64,000 bases of DNA from an uncultured Mycoplasmatota bacterium (GCA_900546275.1 URCH01000001.1:132458-196457); one strand, 5' to 3'. Shown: positions 12,836 to 23,016, numbered from the stretch's first letter. Notes: generated from the letters alone by a model not told the origin. A program made the numbers and translations.

Positions 12836-12863
12836 TTGTTGATAAAAATTATAAAACTGTGAT

Positions 12864-14213
12864 TTATTTAATTTTACTAATCAATTTATCTATTTCATTT
12901 TTAAAAGAAGCATCATTAGTTATTTCTTTTTTTATTTTATCTACTGAATGCATAACCGTTGTATGATCTTTTCCACCAAACTCCATTCCAATTTTGGGTA
13001 ACGATTCCTCAAGTACAATTCTACATATATACATAGCAACTTGTCTTGGAACCGATATATTAGCATTTCTTTTTTTACTTTTTAAATCTTCTACCGTAAT
13101 ATTGTAGTGTGCTGCTACTACTTGTTGTACTTGATCAACTTTGTTTTTTGATATTATGCTTTTTACAAAATAATCTTTTAGGGCTTCAATAGCTAGATCA
13201 AGTGTTATTTCAGAACCATTCATAATAATTGAATAAGCGAATACCCTAGTAATAGCTCCTTCTAATTTTCTTATATCAGAAGTACAATTGCTTGCTATAT
13301 ATTCTTTAACATCATTTGGAAATTCACAAGATATATTATTTGCTTCTATTTTTTTATCTATTATGTCCATACGTAATTTAAAGTCTGGGGGTAATATATC
13401 AATAGTTAATCCCCAATTAAATCTAGTTCTAAGTCTCTCTTCTAGTTTATTTAAATCATCTGGTGATCTATCTGAAGATATAATAATTTGTTTATTATTA
13501 CAATGTAGTTCGTTAAATGTATTAAAAAACTCTTGTTGAGTTTTATTAGCGATTTCTAGATATTGTATATCATCTATCATTAAAACATCTATATCTCTAT
13601 ACTTTTTTTTGAATGAATCCACATCTTCAAAATTATTATCATTTTTGTTTTTTCTATAAATATTTATAAAATCTTCGACAAATTTTTCACTTGTTACATA
13701 TAAAACTTTCATATTTGAATTTTTACTAATATAATTACCAATAGCATGCATTAAATGAGTTTTACCTAACCCACTCTTTCCATATATAAATAATGGATTA
13801 TACATGTAACCAGGTTTTTCTGCAACAGCAAGTGAAGTTGCCTTAGCAAATTTGTTACTTTGCCCTACTATAAAATTATCAAAAGTGTATCTTGGGTCCA
13901 AATTAGAATCAAAACTTATTGAAGGAACCCCTATTTCATCAGTATTTATAACAATATTGTTTTTTAATTCTTCTTCAAGTACATATTCAAAATTAAAGTT
14001 AGTTCCTGTTATTTCAGTAAATAGTTCAACAACCAAATCGTTATAATTTTCTTTTAAATGTTTTTTGTGAACTGACATTGGAACTAATACTTTTGCACAG
14101 TTTTCATCTAAAGATATAAGTTTGGTATCTGCAAACCAAGTTTCAAAGTGCATTGGATTAATTTGTTGTTTCATTTTTTCCAAAAATAAATCCCATATAT
14201 TATTTATATCCAT
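12864..14213 (-). CDS. dnaA: chromosomal replication initiator DnaA
   Basis: 449 aa; AAA+ Walker A GKSGLGKTHL and C-terminal HTH (...DHTTVMHSVDKI...). Confidence 0.95.
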   Translation of the reverse strand: MDINNIWDLFLEKMKQQINPMHFETWFADTKLISLDENCAKVLVPMSVHKKHLKENYNDLVVELFTEITGTNFNFEYVLEEELKNNIVINTDEIGVPSISFDSNLDPRYTFDNFIVGQSNKFAKATSLAVAEKPGYMYNPLFIYGKSGLGKTHLMHAIGNYISKNSNMKVLYVTSEKFVEDFINIYRKNKNDNNFEDVDSFKKKYRDIDVLMIDDIQYLEIANKTQQEFFNTFNELHCNNKQIIISSDRSPDDLNKLEERLRTRFNWGLTIDILPPDFKLRMDIIDKKIEANNISCEFPNDVKEYIASNCTSDIRKLEGAITRVFAYSIIMNGSEITLDLAIEALKDYFVKSIISKNKVDQVQQVVAAHYNITVEDLKSKKRNANISVPRQVAMYICRIVLEESLPKIGMEFGGKDHTTVMHSVDKIKKEITNDASFKNEIDKLISKIK

Positions 14214-14600
14214 TTCCTCACCCCTATCACGAGAAACAATTACTTATATAATACAATAAAAAAACAAAAAGTTAAATAAATATTGTGGAAAAAAGTTAAA
14301 TTTTTGTTTTTAACAATATAATACACAGGTAAAATCCATAAATTCAAATAAAAAAATGAGTTTTCAACATAAATGTGGAAAAAAATATAAACATGTTATT
14401 TGTTGTTAGTATATTTTTCCACATCAACTGTGGAAAAATGTGGATAACTATATAAATAAACATATTTCTTAATATCTTTTTCTGTGGAAAATATGTTAAT
14501 ATCAAAATTTATAGTGGAAATTCATAAATTTGTTGACAAAACGAAGTTTAATCTATATAATTATTAGAGCAAACAAATTTATAAGTTCAGGAGGTGGACT
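14214..14600. other. oriC: chromosomal replication origin oriC (DnaA-box cluster upstream of dnaA)
   Basis: At least seven DnaA boxes: TGTGGAAAA at 14284, 14374, 14429 and 14483; perfect TGTGGATAA at 14439; inverted TTTTCCACA at 14415; degenerate AGTGGAAAT at 14513. AT-rich flanks. Gene orientation switches from minus to plus exactly here, and the site lies between dnaA and rpmH as in Firmicutes. Confidence 0.8.
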
Positions 14601-14602
14601 AA

Positions 14603-14725
14603 ATGAAAAGAACATTTCAACCAAATAATAGAAAAAGAAGTAAGAAAATGGGTTTTTTAGCACGTATGAAAACAAAAATGATTAATTCAAGAAGAAGAAA
14701 AGGGCGTAAAACATTAGCTCATTAA
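14603..14725 (+). CDS. rpmH: 50S ribosomal protein L34 (short, 40 aa)
   Basis: Not in ORF track (under 60 aa). [40 protein letters not shown]; AGGAGGTG RBS. Confidence 0.85.
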   Translation: MKRTFQPNNRKRSKKMGFLARMKTKMINSRRRKGRKTLAH

Positions 14726-14730
14726 TACAA

Positions 14731-14756
14731 CCACTGAAAATCAGTGGCTTTTTATT
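14731..14756 (+). terminator. hairpin plus T-run after rpmH (terminator/attenuator before rnpA)
   Basis: CCACTGAaaaTCAGTGG followed by CTTTTTATTT. Confidence 0.5.
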
Positions 14757-14774
14757 TACTAAAGAGGTATAAAC

Positions 14775-15116
14775 ATGAAAAAAATAAATATATTGCAGAA
14801 AAGTGATGATTTTGAAAGAATAATTAAGAATAATAAATCATATAAATACAAGGATTATATAATTTATATTGAAAAAAATACTGATGAAATATATCATTTT
14901 GGATTATCAGTAGGAAAAAAAATAGGTAATGCAGTTATTAGAAATAAGGTAAAAAGGCAATTAAAAAGTATAATAGATAAAAAAAGCTATCAAAAAGGGT
15001 TTAATTGTATTATAATAGTTGGTAAGGGCATATTAAATAGAAATTATGAAGAAATGGAAATAAACTTAAACTATGCTTTTAAAAAATTAAATATAATTGA
15101 AGGAGAAAATGAATGA
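14775..15116 (+). CDS. rnpA: ribonuclease P protein component
   Basis: 113 aa basic protein with RNase P protein family pattern (FGLSVGKKIGNAVIRNKVKRQLK). Confidence 0.85.
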   Translation: MKKINILQKSDDFERIIKNNKSYKYKDYIIYIEKNTDEIYHFGLSVGKKIGNAVIRNKVKRQLKSIIDKKSYQKGFNCIIIVGKGILNRNYEEMEINLNYAFKKLNIIEGENE

Positions 15117-16048
15117 GAAAAAAAATTAAAACATTGCTTTTTGTATTTATTGCTTTAATTTCATTAACAGGATGTTCAAAATCTTTGACTGATTCAAATA
15201 AAAAAATAGTTCAAAATCCAGAAACTGGTCAAAGTCTAACTAAAAATATTCTTTGTCAACCAGAAAATGAAAAAGTTATAAGTTTATATAACGAAAATGG
15301 TGTTGATATTAGTAAGTTACCAAAGTGTAATGATTTTAAAGTAACATCTGGTGGTTATGAGGGGATATGGACTACTATATTTGTAAAACCTTTAGCATGG
15401 ATAATTGTTTTAATGGGAAAATTAGTAAAAAATTATGGATTAGCAATTATCATAATAACACTTGCAATCAGGTTGATATTATATCCTTTAACTAAAAAGA
15501 CAGCAATGCAATCAGAATTAATGAAAAAAGCCCAACCAGAAATGAAAAAATTGGAGAATAAATATAAAAATAAACAATCACAAGAAGATATGATGAAAAA
15601 ATCACAAGAAATGATGATGATATATAAAAAATATAAAATTAATCCATTATCAGGTTGTATATTTTCATTAATCCAAATACCATTATTTTTTGCATTCTAC
15701 GAAGCAATGAATAGAATGCCAGCTATATTTGAGGAAAATTTGTTAGGATTCCAATTAGGCACAAGTCCTTTAACAGCTATTACAAATGGAAAAATATATT
15801 ACATAATATTTGTTATATTAGTTATTGCAGCAACATATTTTTCATTTAAATTAAATAAAACAGCTTCATTAGGCGAAGATCAAGAAAAACAAATGAAGAT
15901 GATGACCAATATTTCAACAATATTTATTGGAATTGCATCATTCACTATGTCAACAGGTATAGAATTATATTGGATTTTCAATAGTGCATTTACAATTTTA
16001 CAAAATTTAATGGTAAAAAGAGGTAAAAAGAATGATAACATCATATAA
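15113..16048 (+). CDS. yidC: membrane protein insertase YidC/SpoIIIJ (lipoprotein type)
   Basis: Lipobox LTGCSK, five TM helices of the 60-kDa insertase core. Conserved rnpA-yidC-jag order. Confidence 0.85.
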   Translation: MRKKIKTLLFVFIALISLTGCSKSLTDSNKKIVQNPETGQSLTKNILCQPENEKVISLYNENGVDISKLPKCNDFKVTSGGYEGIWTTIFVKPLAWIIVLMGKLVKNYGLAIIIITLAIRLILYPLTKKTAMQSELMKKAQPEMKKLENKYKNKQSQEDMMKKSQEMMMIYKKYKINPLSGCIFSLIQIPLFFAFYEAMNRMPAIFEENLLGFQLGTSPLTAITNGKIYYIIFVILVIAATYFSFKLNKTASLGEDQEKQMKMMTNISTIFIGIASFTMSTGIELYWIFNSAFTILQNLMVKRGKKNDNII

Positions 16049-16646
16049 TTATGAAGGTAAAATAAAAGAAGAAGTATTAAAAAATTGTTTAAATGAACTT
16101 AATGTTCCTGAAAATGATTTATATATTAAAGAAGAACTACAAGAATCTGGATTATTTAAATCTAAAAAAATAAAATTAATTTGTTATAAAAAAGAAGATA
16201 TAATCGAATATCTAAAAAATTATATAAATGCTATTGCAAAAGGAATGAATATTTCTATTAATACAGAAATAAGAGAATCTGAAGGATATATATCAATTAT
16301 ATTAGTTTCAGACAATAATTCGATTTTGATAGGAAAAGAAGGAAGAACTTTAAAAGCAATAGAAACAATACTTAAGCAAGCTTTAATAGTTCAAACAGGA
16401 TTAAATATAAAAGTCAATTTGGATGTAGCAAATTATAAAGGAAAAAAGATAAAAAATTTTGAAAGACAAATAAAATTAATAATAAATGATGTTTTAAAAT
16501 CACATATAGATGTAAAATTAGATCCAATGAATTCATATGAAAGAAGAATTGTTCATAATTTAGTATCAGAAAATGAATTTTTAAGCACAGAAAGTGTTGG
16601 AGAAGAACCAAATAGAGCTGTTGTTATAAAATATAATGAAAAGTAA
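16032..16646 (+). CDS. jag: RNA-binding protein Jag/KhpB (KH and R3H domains)
   Basis: KH (LIGKEGRTLKAIE) and R3H (NSYERRIVHNLV) motifs. Confidence 0.8.
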   Translation: MITSYNYEGKIKEEVLKNCLNELNVPENDLYIKEELQESGLFKSKKIKLICYKKEDIIEYLKNYINAIAKGMNISINTEIRESEGYISIILVSDNNSILIGKEGRTLKAIETILKQALIVQTGLNIKVNLDVANYKGKKIKNFERQIKLIINDVLKSHIDVKLDPMNSYERRIVHNLVSENEFLSTESVGEEPNRAVVIKYNEK

Positions 16647-16654
16647 AATATAAA

Positions 16655-16678
16655 AGTGTAGATATCTACATTTTTTTT
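16655..16678 (+). terminator. rho-independent terminator after jag
   Basis: TGTAGATATCTACA palindrome followed by TTTTTTTT; a TTGACT-17-TAGAAT promoter follows. Confidence 0.55.
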
Positions 16679-16738
16679 GTACAACTTGACTATTTTAATA
16701 AAATAACATAGAATTAATATTTAGAAAAGAGAGATTTT

Positions 16739-17257
16739 ATGAAATTGTTAGAAATAGAAAAATCAACACTTAATGAGTATTATGATATAGTGGATGAAAT
16801 ATTGAATTCAAAGGAATTTCAAAAGAGAAAAGAATATATGCATCATGGAAAACAAAGCGTCTATGATCATTGTTTAAAAGTTTCAATTATTTCATATAAA
16901 ATATCAAAAATATTAGGGTTAGATTATAAAAGTGCAGCAATAGGTGGTTTATTACATGATTTTTATGATAAACCTTGGCAAAATAATAAAAAAAAGACTC
17001 CTTTTTTTAAGCAACATGGATTTGTACATGCAAAACAAGCTGTGGATAATACTAAAAAGTATTTTCCACAATATTATAATAAGAAAGTTGGAAATATTAT
17101 ATTAAGACATATGTTTCCATTAAACATAGTTCCACCAAGATATTTAGAAAGCTGGATAATATCATCAATTGATAAATATGTATCAATGGAGATATTTAAT
17201 GAACCTTCTAAATTATTAATGTATATTGGAATAAAAGTAGGTGTAGAAAATGAATGA
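16739..17257 (+). CDS. HD-domain phosphohydrolase family protein
   Basis: H...HD...D metal-binding pattern (YDHCLKVS...GGLLHDFYDK). Confidence 0.55.
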   Translation: MKLLEIEKSTLNEYYDIVDEILNSKEFQKRKEYMHHGKQSVYDHCLKVSIISYKISKILGLDYKSAAIGGLLHDFYDKPWQNNKKKTPFFKQHGFVHAKQAVDNTKKYFPQYYNKKVGNIILRHMFPLNIVPPRYLESWIISSIDKYVSMEIFNEPSKLLMYIGIKVGVENE

Positions 17258-18602
17258 TACAATAGCAGCAATATCTACAGCAACAGGTGGTTCAATATCA
17301 ATAATAAGAGTTAGCGGAACTGATTCAATAAAAATAGTTAATAAAATATTTAAAGGAAAAGATTTATTGAATGTAAATTCTCATACTATAAATTATGGAT
17401 ATATAGTAGAAAATAATAAAATAATAGATGAAGTTTTAGTAAGTGTTATGAAAGAACCAAACACCTATACAAAAGAAAATGTTGTGGAAATTAATAGCCA
17501 TGGTAGTATAGCATCAGTTTCAAAAATATTAGAATTATTATTAGAAAATGGTTGTCGTTTAGCTGAACCAGGTGAATTTACAAAAAGAGCATTTCTAAAT
17601 GGAAGAATAGATTTACTTGAAGCAGAAAGTGTTATGGATGTAATAAATTCTAAAACTGAAAAGTCTTTATCATTAGCAGTAAGACAATTAACAGGTTCCG
17701 CAACTAAACTTATTTCAGAACTAAGAGAAGAAATTTTAACACTTCTTGCTTCAATAGAAGTTAAAATAGATTATCCAGAATATGAAGATATAGAAGATGT
17801 TACACACAACGAGTTATTAGAAAATATAAATACAATAGAAATAAAAATGAAAAAAATTCTAGAAGAAAGTAAAAATGTAAAAATAATAAAAGATGGAATA
17901 AATACATCAATAATTGGAAAACCAAACGTAGGAAAAAGTAGTATTTTAAATAAATTAATAGATGAAGAAAAAGCAATAGTAACTTCCATAGAAGGAACAA
18001 CAAGGGATATAGTAGAAGGAAATATAAACATAGATGGAATCGCACTTAATTTGGTTGATACAGCAGGAATAAGAAAAACAGATGATATAGTTGAAAATAT
18101 AGGTGTTCAAAAAAGTCTAGATCAAATAGAAAAATCAGATTTAATATTATTTGTATTAGATAATAATAGATGTTTGGAAAAATCAGATGAAGAAATATTA
18201 AAAAAATTGAAAAATAAAAATTATTTGATACTAATAAATAAAACGGATTTAAGTAGAAATTTGGAAATAGAAAAATTAGATCCTAAAAAAATAATATATA
18301 TAAGTGCATTAAATAATGAGGGATTTAATGAATTAAAATCAAAAATTAAAGAAATGTTTAGTATAAATCAAATAGAAAAATCAGATTTAACATATTTGAC
18401 AAGTTCAAGAAGTATTGCTTTGTTAAAAAAAGCTTATTCAATATTACCTTCTATAAAAGATGGAATAAAAAATAATTTACCTATAGATATGATAGAAATA
18501 GATATAAAAGAAATGTGGAATATACTTGGTCAGATAATTGGTGAAACATATGAAGATGAACTTATAAATAAATTATTTAGTCAATTTTGTTTAGGAAAGT
18601 AA
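17250..18602 (+). CDS. mnmE: tRNA modification GTPase MnmE
   Basis: G-domain GKPNVGKSS, DTAGIR, NKTD; C-terminal ...FCLGK. Confidence 0.9.
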   Translation: MNDTIAAISTATGGSISIIRVSGTDSIKIVNKIFKGKDLLNVNSHTINYGYIVENNKIIDEVLVSVMKEPNTYTKENVVEINSHGSIASVSKILELLLENGCRLAEPGEFTKRAFLNGRIDLLEAESVMDVINSKTEKSLSLAVRQLTGSATKLISELREEILTLLASIEVKIDYPEYEDIEDVTHNELLENINTIEIKMKKILEESKNVKIIKDGINTSIIGKPNVGKSSILNKLIDEEKAIVTSIEGTTRDIVEGNINIDGIALNLVDTAGIRKTDDIVENIGVQKSLDQIEKSDLILFVLDNNRCLEKSDEEILKKLKNKNYLILINKTDLSRNLEIEKLDPKKIIYISALNNEGFNELKSKIKEMFSINQIEKSDLTYLTSSRSIALLKKAYSILPSIKDGIKNNLPIDMIEIDIKEMWNILGQIIGETYEDELINKLFSQFCLGK

Positions 18603-18628
18603 TTATTACAGTTAATAATTACTTTTTA
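18599..18628 (+). terminator. hairpin plus T-run after mnmE
   Basis: GTAATTATTAcagtTAATAATTAC followed by TTTTT. Confidence 0.45.
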
Positions 18629-18689
18629 TATATTGTTAAAAAAAAATATATATTGTATAATATTTTAGTCAAAAAGAGGTGTTTTTTTT

Positions 18690-20561
18690 ATGGAATATGA
18701 AGTAATAGTAGTTGGTGGAGGGCACGCCGGTTGTGAAGCTTGTCTAGCTACTTCTCGTTTAGGTCATAAAACTTTATTAGTAACAGGAAATATAAAGAAT
18801 ATAGCAGATATGCCTTGTAATCCATCAATAGGTGGGAGTGCAAAAGGAATAGTAGTTAGAGAAATAGATGCCTTAGGCGGAGAAATGGGTAAAAATGCAG
18901 ATAAAAGTTTGTTACAAATTAAAATGCTTAATAGTGCAAAAGGACCAGCCGTTCAAGCTCTACGTGCTCAAGCAGATAAAATAACTTATCCAAAAGAAAT
19001 GTTAAAGACATTACAAAGTCAACCAAATTTAGAAATTTTAGAAAGTATAGTAGAAGATTTAATAGTAGAAAATAATGAAATTAAAGGAATAGTTTTAGAA
19101 AATGGTAAAAAAATAACTTCTAATATTGTAATATTAACTACAGGAACATATTTAAAAGCAGATATATTAGTAGGTGACACTAGACATAGAGAAGGTCCAC
19201 ATGGTGAAAAACCAAGTCAACATCTAAGTGATAATTTAAACAAGTACGGATTTAAAATAATAAGACTTAAAACTGGTACTCCACAAAGAATAGATAAAAG
19301 TTCAATAGATTTTTCAAAAGCTCAAATAGAATATGGTGATAGTAGAGTATTAACTTTTAATTTTGATAATGACGTATATTATGATGTTAATAATCAACAA
19401 CCATGCTATTTAATATATACAACTCCTAAAACTCATGAAATAATTAAAAATAACCTAACAAAATCTAGTATGTATGGTGGATTATCTGATATTAAAGGAA
19501 TTGGTCCAAGATATTGTCCATCTATAGAAGATAAAGTAGTAAGATTTAGTGACAAAGAAAGGCATCAATTATTTTTGGAACCTGAAAGTATTTACTATGA
19601 TGACATATATTTGCAAGGATTTTCTACAAGTATGCCACATGATATTCAAGAACAAATGGTACATAGTTTACCAGGTTTAGAAAAAGCAAAAATATTAAAA
19701 TATGCTTATGCTATTGAATATGATGCAATATATCCAACACAACTTAAACAAACATTAGAAACAAAAATAATTAAAAATCTATATACTGCAGGTCAGATAA
19801 ATGGAACAAGTGGATATGAAGAAGCAGCATGTCAAGGATTAATAGCGGGTATAAATGCATCATTAAATCTTGAAAAAAAAGAACCATTAATTTTAAAAAG
19901 AAATGAAGCTTATATAGGTGTTTTAATAGATGACCTAGTAACAAAAGGAGTTAGAGACCCATACAGACTTTTAACATCAAGGGCTGAATATAGATTATTA
20001 TTAAGAAGTGATAATGCTGATTTAAGATTAATGGAAAAGGGACATGAAATAGGATTAGTTAAAGAAAGTTCATTTAAAAAATATATGGAAAGAAAAAATG
20101 AGATAGAAGAATTAAAGAATCTTTTAATGAACACAAAAATAACACCTAAAAAAGAAATAAATGAATATTTAAAACAATATACAAATGAAATAAAAGATGG
20201 CATTTCATTATATAATTTATTGAAACGTCCTGAAATTACTATGGAAAATATAAAACATTTTGTTGAATTAAATTACCAAAGAGAAGTAATAGATCAAGTT
20301 GAAATAAGTATTAAATATGAGGGATATATAAATAAAGCAAATAATGAAGCAAAAAAAATGTTTGATTTAGATAATAAGAAAATACCAGATGATATAAATT
20401 ACGATTTAATTCATAATCTAGCAAGTGAAGCAAAACAAAAATTAAAAGAAATAAGACCAACATCAATAGGACAAGCATTAAGAATAAGTGGTGTTAATCC
20501 TGCAGACATATCAATATTAATGATTTATTTAAAAAAGGAATACAAAAATGGAAATAAATAA
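18690..20561 (+). CDS. mnmG: tRNA uridine 5-carboxymethylaminomethyl modification enzyme MnmG (GidA)
   Basis: 623 aa; FAD-binding [14 protein letters not shown]-terminus. Confidence 0.95.
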   Translation: MEYEVIVVGGGHAGCEACLATSRLGHKTLLVTGNIKNIADMPCNPSIGGSAKGIVVREIDALGGEMGKNADKSLLQIKMLNSAKGPAVQALRAQADKITYPKEMLKTLQSQPNLEILESIVEDLIVENNEIKGIVLENGKKITSNIVILTTGTYLKADILVGDTRHREGPHGEKPSQHLSDNLNKYGFKIIRLKTGTPQRIDKSSIDFSKAQIEYGDSRVLTFNFDNDVYYDVNNQQPCYLIYTTPKTHEIIKNNLTKSSMYGGLSDIKGIGPRYCPSIEDKVVRFSDKERHQLFLEPESIYYDDIYLQGFSTSMPHDIQEQMVHSLPGLEKAKILKYAYAIEYDAIYPTQLKQTLETKIIKNLYTAGQINGTSGYEEAACQGLIAGINASLNLEKKEPLILKRNEAYIGVLIDDLVTKGVRDPYRLLTSRAEYRLLLRSDNADLRLMEKGHEIGLVKESSFKKYMERKNEIEELKNLLMNTKITPKKEINEYLKQYTNEIKDGISLYNLLKRPEITMENIKHFVELNYQREVIDQVEISIKYEGYINKANNEAKKMFDLDNKKIPDDINYDLIHNLASEAKQKLKEIRPTSIGQALRISGVNPADISILMIYLKKEYKNGNK

Positions 20562-21252
20562 TTTTATAGAAGAATTAAAAAAATTAGGAATAACTCCAAC
20601 TGAGAAACAATTAAATCAATTAGATAAATACTATGAGTTATTAATTCAATATAATAGTGTTATGAATTTAACTGGTATAACAGAAAAAAAACAAGTATAC
20701 TTAAAACACTTTTATGATTCATTATGTATAGTGAAAGTTATAGATTTATTATCACAAGAAAATTTATGCGATGTAGGTACAGGTGCGGGATTTCCTGGAA
20801 TAGTTTTAAAAATTTTTTATCCAAACCTAAAAATAACTTTACTAGATTCTCTAAATAAGAGAATAGAATTTTTAAATATAGTTATCAAAAATCTTGAACT
20901 AAATAATATTGAGGCAATTCATTGTAGAGCAGAAGAATATGCATTACAAAATAGAGAAAAATATGATGTAGTAACTTCAAGAGCAGTTACAAAATTAAAT
21001 ATTCTTTCAGAATTATCAATACCAATGGTAAAAGTAAATAAATATTTTATACCATTAAAGGCAAATTTAACAGAAGAATTAGAAGAAAGCAAAGATGCAT
21101 TAAAAAAATTAAATTCTAAAATAATCAAGATAGAACATTTCTTATTACCAATAGAAGAAAGCAATAGAACAATTCTAAAAATTCAAAAACTAATTCCAAC
21201 GCCAAAATTATTTCCCAGGAAATATTCTGTAATAAAGAAAAAACCACTTTAG
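20548..21252 (+). CDS. rsmG: 16S rRNA (guanine527-N7)-methyltransferase RsmG (GidB)
   Basis: SAM-MTase motif [15 protein letters not shown]. Confidence 0.85.
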   Translation: MEINNFIEELKKLGITPTEKQLNQLDKYYELLIQYNSVMNLTGITEKKQVYLKHFYDSLCIVKVIDLLSQENLCDVGTGAGFPGIVLKIFYPNLKITLLDSLNKRIEFLNIVIKNLELNNIEAIHCRAEEYALQNREKYDVVTSRAVTKLNILSELSIPMVKVNKYFIPLKANLTEELEESKDALKKLNSKIIKIEHFLLPIEESNRTILKIQKLIPTPKLFPRKYSVIKKKPL

Positions 21253-21277
21253 TCATTGTTTACAATGACTTTTTTTA
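21251..21277 (+). terminator. rho-independent terminator after rsmG
   Basis: AGTCATTGTttaACAATGACT followed by TTTTTTT. Confidence 0.6.
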
Positions 21278-21287
21278 TATTTAAATT

Positions 21288-21332
21288 TATTTCCCAAAAT
21301 CACTTGTATTATTTCCCAAAATATTGTATTAT
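21288..21332 (+). promoter_or_regulatory. parB promoter with two direct repeats TATTTCCCAAAAT (candidate operator)
   Basis: Repeat copies at 21288..21300 and 21310..21322. The -35 TTGTAT (21304..21309) and -10 TATTAT (21327..21332) are spaced 17 nt apart, with the second repeat filling the spacer. Confidence 0.4.
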
Positions 21333-21365
21333 ATATTTATAAAAGAATAGGGAGGAAGTTTTTGT

Positions 21366-22970
21366 ATGGATTTAAGAAAAAAAGTAGTAGACTTGTCTAT
21401 AGATGATGTTTTACCAAATAGATTTCAACCAAGAATAAAATTTAATGAAGATTCATTAAACGAATTAAGCGAATCAATAAAAGAACATGGCGTAATTCAA
21501 CCAATAGTTGTAAGGCCGGTTGGAGATAAATATGAAATAATTGCTGGAGAAAGAAGATATAAGGCTTCGGTATTAGCAGGAAAAACAACAATTCCAGCTA
21601 TAATAACAGATTTGAATGATAAAGATAGCGCAGAAGTTGCACTAATAGAGAATGTTCAACGTCAAAACTTAACCCCTATAGAAGAAGCAATTTCTTATAA
21701 AAAAATATTAGATATGGGATATTTGAATCAAACATCTTTAGCCGAAAAGTTAGGTAAGAATCAATCAACTGTTGCAAATAAATTACGATTACTTGATTTA
21801 GATGAAGAAGTGCAAGAAGCACTATTAAATTCAAAAATATCAGAACGACATGCACGTTCATTGTTAAAACTACAAGATAAAAAACTTCAAGTAGAAATGC
21901 TAAATAGAATAATAAATGAAAGAATGACTGTTAGAAAAACAGATGAGGAGATTGAAAAAGTTATGAATAATAATATGAATAATACAAATAATTTAAATAA
22001 TACAATGCCAAATTTTAAACCATTTGACCAACCAGTACCTGATACATATAATACTAATTCACAACCAGTTGAAGCACCATTATCATTTGAAAGTTTATTT
22101 TCAAATCCAACACCAGTTCAAGAGACACCAGTAGTATCACCACAACCAGTTGAATTTAATAATATAACTCAACCACAGACATCAGAACCAGTTATAAATA
22201 ATGCACCAGTAATGAATGAAAATCCATTTGCTGCTACAGAACAACCAATAGAATCTATAGATTTTAGTGCTCAACCAAATCCTGGTTTTATGAATGTTGA
22301 TAGAATAGTAGAAGATGCTAAACCTGTTGATGCTGTAAATCCATTTTCAGTAAATAAAAATGTCGATATGAATTCATTAGTATCATCATATAATCCACAA
22401 ACATCAGTGGAATCTACTATTGAATCACCAGTATTACCACAAACACCTGAAGTTAATAATGTAATTACTCAACCAGACACTGTACAACCAGCTGAAGATA
22501 CATTACAACCTAAAAAATTCTTTAATATATTAGAGGATGAGACTCATGATGAAACACCAGAACCAGTTCAAACTGTAAATAATGAAAATCCATTTAATTT
22601 TGATAATTTATTTCAACCAACTCCACAAACTCAACAACCTGTAGTAGAACCACAGACACCTGAAATTCCAATTACTAATCAAAATGTGGAACCTTTAAAT
22701 AATTTCACATCTACAATAAATAATACGCCACAAGAAAGTGTACAGCAAAATATAGATATACCAGTTCAACCGGTTTCTACTATGGCAACACCTGTAGAAA
22801 CTCAAACAACAATGGTACCACCGACTATTTCACAAACTTCAAGTTTTGAAACAGCAATTGCAGCAATACGAGAATGTGCAACAAAATTAGAATCATTAGG
22901 ATATAAACAAGAACATGATGATTTTGATTTAGGTGATATGTATCAAGTAATTTTTAGAATAGAAAAATAA
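21366..22970 (+). CDS. parB: ParB/Spo0J/Noc-family CTPase-type DNA-binding protein with long low-complexity C-terminal extension
   Basis: N-terminal ParB domain with box II GERRYKA and HTH (QTSLAEKLGKNQSTVANKLRLL). Residues ~200-490 are N/P/Q/T/V-rich with three ENPF motifs, followed by a short structured C-terminal segment. GGGAGGA RBS. Confidence 0.8.
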   Translation: MDLRKKVVDLSIDDVLPNRFQPRIKFNEDSLNELSESIKEHGVIQPIVVRPVGDKYEIIAGERRYKASVLAGKTTIPAIITDLNDKDSAEVALIENVQRQNLTPIEEAISYKKILDMGYLNQTSLAEKLGKNQSTVANKLRLLDLDEEVQEALLNSKISERHARSLLKLQDKKLQVEMLNRIINERMTVRKTDEEIEKVMNNNMNNTNNLNNTMPNFKPFDQPVPDTYNTNSQPVEAPLSFESLFSNPTPVQETPVVSPQPVEFNNITQPQTSEPVINNAPVMNENPFAATEQPIESIDFSAQPNPGFMNVDRIVEDAKPVDAVNPFSVNKNVDMNSLVSSYNPQTSVESTIESPVLPQTPEVNNVITQPDTVQPAEDTLQPKKFFNILEDETHDETPEPVQTVNNENPFNFDNLFQPTPQTQQPVVEPQTPEIPITNQNVEPLNNFTSTINNTPQESVQQNIDIPVQPVSTMATPVETQTTMVPPTISQTSSFETAIAAIRECATKLESLGYKQEHDDFDLGDMYQVIFRIEK

Positions 22971-22982
22971 AATATGTAATTA

Positions 22983-23016
22983 AAGGAAGCATTGTAATTG
23001 CTTCCTTGTTTTATTA
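22983..23016 (+). terminator. rho-independent terminator after parB
   Basis: AAGGAAGCAttgtaatTGCTTCCTT followed by GTTTTATT. Confidence 0.6.

Noticed and set aside
14603-14725. L34 being only 40 aa (possible truncation or frameshift)
   Set aside because: The reading frame is clean from ATG to TAA, with a perfect RBS and the conserved N- and C-terminal blocks. It is probably a genuinely short variant, but worth confirming against read data.
21288-21322. Calling the TATTTCCCAAAAT repeats bona fide Noc-binding sites
   Set aside because: Only the ATTTCCC half matches the NBS palindrome. These are reported as a candidate operator, not as NBS.
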